Below are positions 46,974-53,186 of a DNA stretch of 53,186 bases, piece by piece; positions within the stretch are counted from its first letter, which is position 1; each line of letters starts with the position of its first letter. The notes beneath the pieces are model-generated. The model saw only the letters and a list, made by a program, of their open reading frames with translations. It ran no database searches and was not told the DNA's origin. The stretch comes from a candidate division WOR-3 bacterium. Its GTDB lineage: Bacteria > Hydrothermota > Tepidihabitantia > B3-TA06. The translations under genes were made by a program, and so were the position numbers. The stretch is taken from NCBI GenBank assembly GCA_965649265.1, contig CBFGKC010000016.1:1-53186 (forward strand). Reading direction: 5' to 3'.

Positions 46974-47792
46974 GTGAAAAACGCTCTATCGGTGGATCTT
47001 GAAGAGTGGTTTTGCGGGCACATCCTTGCACAAGGCCTGAGCAAAAAAACTTGGGATACGCAGGAATTGAGAGTACCTGCTTGCACCGCGAAGCTTTTAA
47101 AGATCCTTGATTTGCACAAAACCAGAGCAACCTTTTTTGTCTTAGGCTGGCTGGCCGAACGCGCTCCAGAACTGATTCGCGAAGTCGCCGATCACGGGCA
47201 CGAAATAGCCTCGCACGGGTATTCACATATCTCGCTGACCGAGATGACCCCGGATGAGTTTAACGAAGATCTGAAAAAATCACTTCAGATTATTAAAGGA
47301 ATCTCAAAGAACCCTATCCTGGGATACCGCGCTCCTTCGTTTACAATCACGAAAGAGACAACCTGGGCGTTCGAGATCATGTCCCGGCACGGAATAAGTT
47401 ACGATTCTTCAGTTTTCCCTTTCGGCCTTCACCCTGATTACGGCATAAGAGATTCACCACTAGGCATTTATAAGATTTCATCTGATATTTTGGAAGTTCC
47501 TTTAAGCGTTGCCGAGGTAATGAGAACGAGAATCCCATGCGGAGGGGGAGGGTATTTCCGATTGTATCCTTACGCTATGACCAGGAGTCTTTTCAAAAGA
47601 TGCAATAAGGAACGAAGACCTGTAGTTTTTTATCTACACCCCTGGGAGCTTGACGCCGAGCAGCCACGCGTAAGTCTTTCATGTGTTAACAAATTCAGAC
47701 ACTACCATAACCTGGAAAAGGTAAGCTTACGCTTGGAGAGACTGCTGGACGATTTTCAATTCACAACCATTCGAGAGGTGATAGGAATATGA
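46974..47792 (+). CDS. Polysaccharide deacetylase (XrtA/PEP-CTERM-locus type, DUF3473)
   Basis: SVDLEEW, ATFFVLGW, HEIASHGYSH, GYRAPSF, GGGYFRLYP, FYLHPWE.D; probable GTG start at 46974. Confidence 0.93.
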   Translation: MKNALSVDLEEWFCGHILAQGLSKKTWDTQELRVPACTAKLLKILDLHKTRATFFVLGWLAERAPELIREVADHGHEIASHGYSHISLTEMTPDEFNEDLKKSLQIIKGISKNPILGYRAPSFTITKETTWAFEIMSRHGISYDSSVFPFGLHPDYGIRDSPLGIYKISSDILEVPLSVAEVMRTRIPCGGGGYFRLYPYAMTRSLFKRCNKERRPVVFYLHPWELDAEQPRVSLSCVNKFRHYHNLEKVSLRLERLLDDFQFTTIREVIGI

Positions 47793-48430
47793 ACATGCTT
47801 TCTCAAAGAGATTACTGGAACCGGGAAGCCGGAAACTTTGACGCCATCTACTCGCATAAAAAGAGCAAACTTGGATCGAGGCTCGACGAGATATTCCGGT
47901 GGGCAATGTTCAAAAGATTCGAGTATTCCTTGAATCAATCTGAACCGATTCATGCGAAGACCTTCCTCGATGCCGGATGCGGCACCGGGCTTTATTCCCT
48001 GGAGCTTGCCCGCAGAGGGGCTTTAAGGGTTGTTGGTATTGACGTATCCCCGACTATGCTTGAAATCTGCAATGCAAGGGCAAAAGCAGAGAATCTTGAC
48101 GGAAGGATAGATTTCGTGCTTTCGGATATCGAGAGTTTCAAAACGGATGAGGTCTTTGACATCTGCATCGGAATGGGTCTCCTGGATTATATCAAGGATC
48201 CCTTGCCGTCACTGATTCAGATGAGGAAACTAACGAGAGAAAAGGTCTTGCTCAGTTTCCCGGTGTTATGGAACTGGCGCACAATCCCGCGTAGAATCCG
48301 TCTGGGATTAAAGAAATGCCCGGTTTATTTTTACACTAAGAGAAGTATTTTCAGATTGATGAATGGAGCCGGATTCAAGCAGGTAAAGATACTGCCGATG
48401 GGGCCGATGTTCTTTGTTATTGGCTCGTAA
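47789..48430 (+). CDS. Class I SAM-dependent methyltransferase
   Basis: FLDAGCGTG, GIDVS, FD..I.MGLLDY; ATGA coupling to the deacetylase. Confidence 0.9.
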   Translation: MNMLSQRDYWNREAGNFDAIYSHKKSKLGSRLDEIFRWAMFKRFEYSLNQSEPIHAKTFLDAGCGTGLYSLELARRGALRVVGIDVSPTMLEICNARAKAENLDGRIDFVLSDIESFKTDEVFDICIGMGLLDYIKDPLPSLIQMRKLTREKVLLSFPVLWNWRTIPRRIRLGLKKCPVYFYTKRSIFRLMNGAGFKQVKILPMGPMFFVIGS

Positions 48431-48463
48431 TAATCATTCCCAACTCTCCATTATCTTTATACA

Positions 48464-48493
48464 GAAAAAGCCCGGGCTTTCAAGCCCGGGCTT
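48464..48493 (-). terminator. Terminator downstream of 5S rRNA
   Basis: AAGCCCGGGCTT-gaa-AGCCCGGGCTT-TTCT on the minus strand. Confidence 0.7.
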
Positions 48494-48499
48494 ACAATA

Positions 48500-48616
<117 letters not shown>

Positions 48617-48677
48617 AATTCCTTATTGTACCCAAAGGGCACTTTGTCCAATCACCTCTTTCCCTTTCGAGAAGAGA

Positions 48678-48705
48678 ATTATACGGACGAATACCGGCTT
48701 GTCAA
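48678..48705 (-). promoter_or_regulatory. Consensus promoter for 5S rRNA
   Basis: TTGACA-16 nt-TATAAT about 60 nt upstream of the 5S 5' end. Confidence 0.8.
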
Positions 48706-48881
48706 GTATCCAGAACCTCTTTTTACTCTTTGATATGATCATACACGAGAAACACCTAAGAGACACAGACTTGACCGACCCAGGCATTAATGAGAAGTCA
48801 AAGCCCTAACCGACCAAAACAGAGAAGCCCGGCCAGTACGACCGGGCTTCTTATCAAACCCTTGTTAAGGTCTACGTGGTG

Positions 48882-50027
48882 CTACTTTATAAAAAGAACG
48901 GCTCTCGTCGTTTTAATACCGTCTTCTCCATTCAAACGGCAGAAATATGTTCCGCTCGGAAGCATATTCCCTCTGGAATCCTTTCCGTCCCAGTTAACCG
49001 TATAGGTTCCTGATGCCTGCTTTCCCCTGAAAAGGGTTTTGACAAGCTGACCCTCAATGTTGTAGATGGTTAGTTCCAGATTTGATTCATTCTGCAAGGT
49101 ATAGCGGACAGTTGTTGATACGCTGAAAGGATTAGGATAGTTCTGAGAGATTGAGAAACCCGGTGCAGGAGTTGGGTTTTCGGACGTGGAGAGGGCTCCC
49201 CCCCAACCTGCGAGCCTTGCAAGCATCCACCATACGGCCTTGCCCTTCTGGTCGCAGCTCGAGTATGTGGTGTGAGCGGCCTCGTCTCCATTGAACTGCT
49301 CATGCTCCACCGGCACCTGGTTTCCTTCATAGTCGTAAGTAGCTTCTTCCCAGGATGTTCCGTTGTACCACCAAGCATCAAGATCGGCAAAGTCGAAGAG
49401 AACTTTTTTATTGTTCATGCAGTAATTGCGAATTTGTTCGTTGCGAAGTTGGCGGTTGTAGCCGCTGCCGCCCGTGGCCTGTGCGTTACCGGTCATGTAT
49501 ATGAATGTTACGTTCGGGAACTGGCTCTCAAGCAGGCTCATGGAGTCGAGATACTCCTGCACCTGTTGCTCGGTATAGCCGTCGACTTGCGTGCACCAGG
49601 ACCACATAGAGAGGTTTATTGTCGGGTTGTGATTCAACACATCGCGAGTCAGATTCATTCCGCCTTCGGTTTGCCAGTAAAGGTCGGGGGTGATGTAACC
49701 TACACTCTCCTGACCGTCGAAAACGCAAAAAGCGCCCGCTTCGGTGGGTAAGCTGCCTGAGCTATTGGCGTAGCCGTACTTTGCATCGGAAGATTCAAGC
49801 CTCTCGAGGCCGACCGTCAGCTGACCGCCGTGGGATGTGTGCGCGTAATGAAGTCTCAGATTCGCCTGCACGGAATCTATCCATGCATCCGGGATCTTTG
49901 AAATATCCGTGCAGTTGTGATCGACAATCAGGTATGCGGGATTGGGCGTCGGGTCCTGAGTGCATGCAAGCATCGCAACAGGGAGAGTAAAGAGTATTAC
50001 CGGGATCAGTACTTTGACTTTCTTCAC
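48882..50027 (-). CDS. Secreted hypothetical protein with FlgD/T9SS-type C-terminal domain
   Basis: Signal peptide; HTSHGGQ and WSWC motifs; QNYPNPF...IYNIEGQLVKTL...WDGKD...SGTYF. Confidence 0.88.
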   Translation of the reverse strand: MKKVKVLIPVILFTLPVAMLACTQDPTPNPAYLIVDHNCTDISKIPDAWIDSVQANLRLHYAHTSHGGQLTVGLERLESSDAKYGYANSSGSLPTEAGAFCVFDGQESVGYITPDLYWQTEGGMNLTRDVLNHNPTINLSMWSWCTQVDGYTEQQVQEYLDSMSLLESQFPNVTFIYMTGNAQATGGSGYNRQLRNEQIRNYCMNNKKVLFDFADLDAWWYNGTSWEEATYDYEGNQVPVEHEQFNGDEAAHTTYSSCDQKGKAVWWMLARLAGWGGALSTSENPTPAPGFSISQNYPNPFSVSTTVRYTLQNESNLELTIYNIEGQLVKTLFRGKQASGTYTVNWDGKDSRGNMLPSGTYFCRLNGEDGIKTTRAVLFIK

Positions 50028-50587
50028 GATGATTCACCTTTTCCTTTCCGGCGTAAGGCCGTCAGTTACATTAACATCTTTTTTCCGAGTCGTGCCGTCC
50101 TCAGTCTAATTTAGAATTATTCTTATATTGTAACGAAAGATGATAGTATGTCAAGAGGGCGGTCAGGTTTAAGCCACCCCAGAAAAATACTCCGTATTTT
50201 CCCGGGAACCCCGACGACTTTCTGAGAAAGCCGTTCAGAAGTTTGTCTTCAATTCAAAAAAATAGAAAGGGCAAACCTCCGGACGGTCAGTCAGGTTTAA
50301 TTCTATGAGGTCAGGTTTAATGAAAAAAAGCTGGACAAAAGTGGGACAAATTCCGCAGCCTAAAACTGCACTTAGAACTTTACTCCTCATTTGAAATCAC
50401 GTTCCGATGTCACTTAAAAAAACGCGAGTAAAGCTAAGTTGACGTTTTGGGAAAATGACAAAATCGGGGTTCTTTCTGGGTAAAAAAGTCGATTTTGGGG
50501 CCCAAAATAGGGGAACAATTGCAGAGAAGTTTGCCTACTGAAAATCGTCGGCAGGAAGAAGAGTTGACATGGATTGAAGGATTGAGG

Positions 50588-51745
50588 TCATGCTTGCATG
50601 CTTTCCTTGTTTTTCACCATGAATCGTTCCTTGAATGCAGGAAGTTCCTTCTTTTTGAAGTAGTCAATTATCGATTGGGCGACTTCGAGCCAGATCAATT
50701 CGTGAAAACGAGAGGATGGAGGTCTCATAAAAAGATGTCCTGTATTCTCATAGTTCGCGGCAAGACAACCTCCGCTGCATTTGCCGTAAAGACCACACTC
50801 GTCGCACTCTATGTCACAGCCCAGAAGCAGCTTTTTTTTCATTCTTAAAAAAGGTACCCGTCTTTTCTCATCAAAACCTTTATAGATATCGCCAATAGGA
50901 TACGCTCCTTTGAATCCACGCGATGAGACGAAACGGTGGCAAGGATATATAACTCCGTCAACGCCTACGCCCAGATAGCCTTTTCCAGCGCCGCATGTCC
51001 CGTCATTTAGATCTTCATTTGAGAATTCCGGGCCGAGCAAAGCTTTGATACGTCCATCCAGTGGGCTGATCTTTAACGATTTTCCTGATTCAATAGACGA
51101 AATCAATAATTCACCGATATCATAAAATTCACTTTCGAATTTCAGCAAATTCTCATCTTTCCACGTCATCTCCTCCACGTAGAAAACCGATATTGACTCA
51201 AAACCTCTTTTCATTAAATATCCTACTCCCTCTGCCGCATACCCGGCAGTTTGAGGAGTAATCGTCATCCGGACTTCTTTAGATTTACTTGCAGAAAGAA
51301 TATTCTCAATATTGCGCTCGACAAGCCTGAACGAACCCTCACCTGAACGGGTTCTTCTGAATGTATCGTGAGCCTCTAAGATGCCGTCGCAACTCAGGAG
51401 TATCCCGAGATCATTGTCTTTCCAGTATTCCGCCGTTTCTTTAGTGAAAGCCACTCCATTTGTGGTTGCAGAGAAACCGATCGATTTCCCCTTGGCCTCA
51501 GCTGCCTTGCGCGCATAAGGAATTATCTCCTTGATATTCTTCATTTCTAGCAAAGGCTCTCCGCCAAAGAACGTAACGTCAACGTGGGTTGTTGGACCGG
51601 AAACATCCTCACTCAGAAGCCAATCGACAGTTTTCTTCGCAATTTCCATCGGCATGGAGTCACAATTCTTATTGCCTTCAAAGCAATATGAACAGGCCAG
51701 ATTACAATTGTTGGTTACACCGAGAGTGATGGAATTGACGTACAT
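50588..51745 (-). CDS. Radical SAM/SPASM domain maturase
   Basis: CNLACSYC, FFGGEPLL, TTNG, S.DG...HD..R; SPASM CGAG...YPCHRF and CDEC....CSGGC. Confidence 0.95.
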   Translation of the reverse strand: MYVNSITLGVTNNCNLACSYCFEGNKNCDSMPMEIAKKTVDWLLSEDVSGPTTHVDVTFFGGEPLLEMKNIKEIIPYARKAAEAKGKSIGFSATTNGVAFTKETAEYWKDNDLGILLSCDGILEAHDTFRRTRSGEGSFRLVERNIENILSASKSKEVRMTITPQTAGYAAEGVGYLMKRGFESISVFYVEEMTWKDENLLKFESEFYDIGELLISSIESGKSLKISPLDGRIKALLGPEFSNEDLNDGTCGAGKGYLGVGVDGVIYPCHRFVSSRGFKGAYPIGDIYKGFDEKRRVPFLRMKKKLLLGCDIECDECGLYGKCSGGCLAANYENTGHLFMRPPSSRFHELIWLEVAQSIIDYFKKKELPAFKERFMVKNKESMQA

Positions 51746-51858
51746 CTATACTCCTTTTCTCCTGGACTTACCCCTCCCCATCCACTCTCTTCATTAAATG
51801 TTTCCGCATTCCCCGATTATGTTTTTCCGATTCCTCTGTACACTCCAGGATGGATGAA

Positions 51859-52290
51859 TCACACCAATCTTTTGCTCAACAACCTTACCGCCTCTTTGAG
51901 CTGCCACCTGATTATTTCCTCCGGATTAGGAGTAATGTTTGAACCTTCCATAGGACAGCCCATTTCGCCACCCTGCTTCTGACAAGTATTGCAGCTTTCA
52001 CACTTTAGACAGTAGTCACACGTCTGGCAACTGGCGCATTTCTGACAGCTGAAGCATGATAGACAAGAAGGACAAGCAGTGTTAATCCCGATGCCATCAA
52101 GCACGTCCAGCGGAGTAAGCACATCGTCTATCTTAGGATAGATGGCGCGAATGGTTGCCAGGACGGTTTCTATTTTTTTTGCATCCCTCGTACCTATTTT
52201 CTTGACAAGGGCTTTCGCCTCACCGGTCTTCCTCTTCGCAGCAAGCTCCTTGGAAAGAGCTCTTGATTTTTTGAGTTTTTTTTCTGCCAT
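51859..52290 (-). CDS. Cys-rich (CXX)11 protein, probable radical SAM substrate
   Basis: ATG 52290 after AAAGGAG with promoter TTGACA-16-TAGAAT; CPSCLSCFSCQKCASCQTCDYCLKCESCNTC. Confidence 0.8.
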   Translation of the reverse strand: MAEKKLKKSRALSKELAAKRKTGEAKALVKKIGTRDAKKIETVLATIRAIYPKIDDVLTPLDVLDGIGINTACPSCLSCFSCQKCASCQTCDYCLKCESCNTCQKQGGEMGCPMEGSNITPNPEEIIRWQLKEAVRLLSKRLV

Positions 52291-52456
52291 GACGCCGCTC
52301 CTTTTTGGATAGAAGGATTGATGCAAAATTCTAATAAAAATTCTTTATTTGTCAAGCATAAAGCTTAACAGTAAGATCAAAGTGACAATGAAACCAAAAA
52401 CAAACCCCATGGAAGAAGGAACTTGAGACTTAATATGTTCTTTAATGGCTTTATGA

Positions 52457-53038
52457 TTAATTGCCTGTCCGGTAACCAACAAAATTATAGAGATATATTA
52501 TTCTTTTCTTATTTCCTGCACTAACAACGTAAGTTTGTATCCAGTCTCCAGCTTGAAGACGCAAAAGTATGATGCAGACCCCATTTCCCTTGTCACCAGA
52601 TTTTGCTGCGTTCATCACGCCGGACCAGGCTTGACCTTTGAATTCGCCATTTTTAGCAATCCAGACACTGACGTCGCCTTTCGTTCCTCCTTCAGAGGTA
52701 GATTTCATGAAATGTACTGCAAAATAATATAGACCTGAAAGAGGCGCAATGAAAACTGAATTATGTCCCCACCCCCCACCTTCATTCGTTAGTTCACTTG
52801 CATAAGTTAACAGAGTAGCATCGCCGGAGCTTTCAAATCTCCAGCCAGTAACGCTAAAAGCGATCGTATCTTGAGTTTTCTTGAGACTCCAATCCCGAAG
52901 AAGTTGGGTACGGAATTTTTCTAGACTCTCTTTATATTCCTGTGGCATTGAGGGAGCCAGCAGAATTTCTTCTTCTCCTCGAAAGTGGGGGGTCTCATCT
53001 GGATTTAGCTTTTTTTTCTTATCATCTGTATCAGGCAT
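52457..53038 (-). CDS. C1q/TNF-like globular domain protein
   Basis: IAFSV...TNEGGGW....FIAPLSGLYYF...KNG...LRLQAGDWI...FVGY matches the gC1q pattern; GGAGG SD. Confidence 0.75.
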   Translation of the reverse strand: MPDTDDKKKKLNPDETPHFRGEEEILLAPSMPQEYKESLEKFRTQLLRDWSLKKTQDTIAFSVTGWRFESSGDATLLTYASELTNEGGGWGHNSVFIAPLSGLYYFAVHFMKSTSEGGTKGDVSVWIAKNGEFKGQAWSGVMNAAKSGDKGNGVCIILLRLQAGDWIQTYVVSAGNKKRIIYLYNFVGYRTGN

Positions 53039-53186
53039 TTTTGCCTCCTCTAATTTGATTTTGAGAGGAACAGCCCGTTTTTGGAGAAGTCACAAGCAAG
53101 GAATACCTGGAGCAACCGGAACGGTCGCCGTTTCTCCCATACTTGCAAAATATTAGCAAAAAGAAAAACCTTGTCAAGCAAAATAC

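Noticed and set aside
48629-48643. rrn boxA in the 5S leader
   Set aside because: GTGCCCTTTGGGTAC matches boxA poorly and recurs as a mini-hairpin at unrelated sites.
50266-50300. c-di-GMP-I riboswitch (GGGCAAACC)
   Set aside because: Lacks the GAAA-capped P2 stem and the downstream GCAAAGC/P3 elements.
51793-51861. Selenocysteine read-through or an extra peptide after the CXX gene
   Set aside because: Read-through adds only 13 unremarkable residues and no SECIS-like hairpin is evident.

Overview
Bacterial chromosomal window, about 50-55% GC by eye, with several AT-richer insertions. The secreted proteins carry T9SS/FlgD-like C-terminal domains and there is an OmpA-family protein, which suggests a diderm candidate-phylum organism such as WOR-3 (inference only). 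Housekeeping content: partial tuf with tRNA-Thr(GGT), hutU, hutI, a galE-like epimerase, comF, lgt, a site-2 protease, a rhaD-like aldolase, rtcB-uvrC-MBL hydrolase, a class I/II aminotransferase, a class II photolyase, plsY-like plus GT2, a polysaccharide deacetylase and a stand-alone 5S rRNA. Best candidates for undescribed biology: (1) an RRE-less radical SAM/SPASM enzyme behind a 143-aa protein with 11 consecutive Cys-X-X repeats, next to a C1q-domain gene; (2) an asparaginase-family protein whose two catalytic Thr motifs are in permuted order; (3) a tandem CCUCCUCCC-hairpin leader that also encodes two coupled micro-ORFs ahead of a degenerate HprK-like kinase; (4) a modular repeat system (CTGAGGAGGG / GTGTTACGGG) forming cassette-like arrays and in-frame protein linkers; (5) three tandem V4R/H-NOX-like paralogs; (6) widespread leaderless genes. 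All calls come from reading the sequence; no database searches were run.
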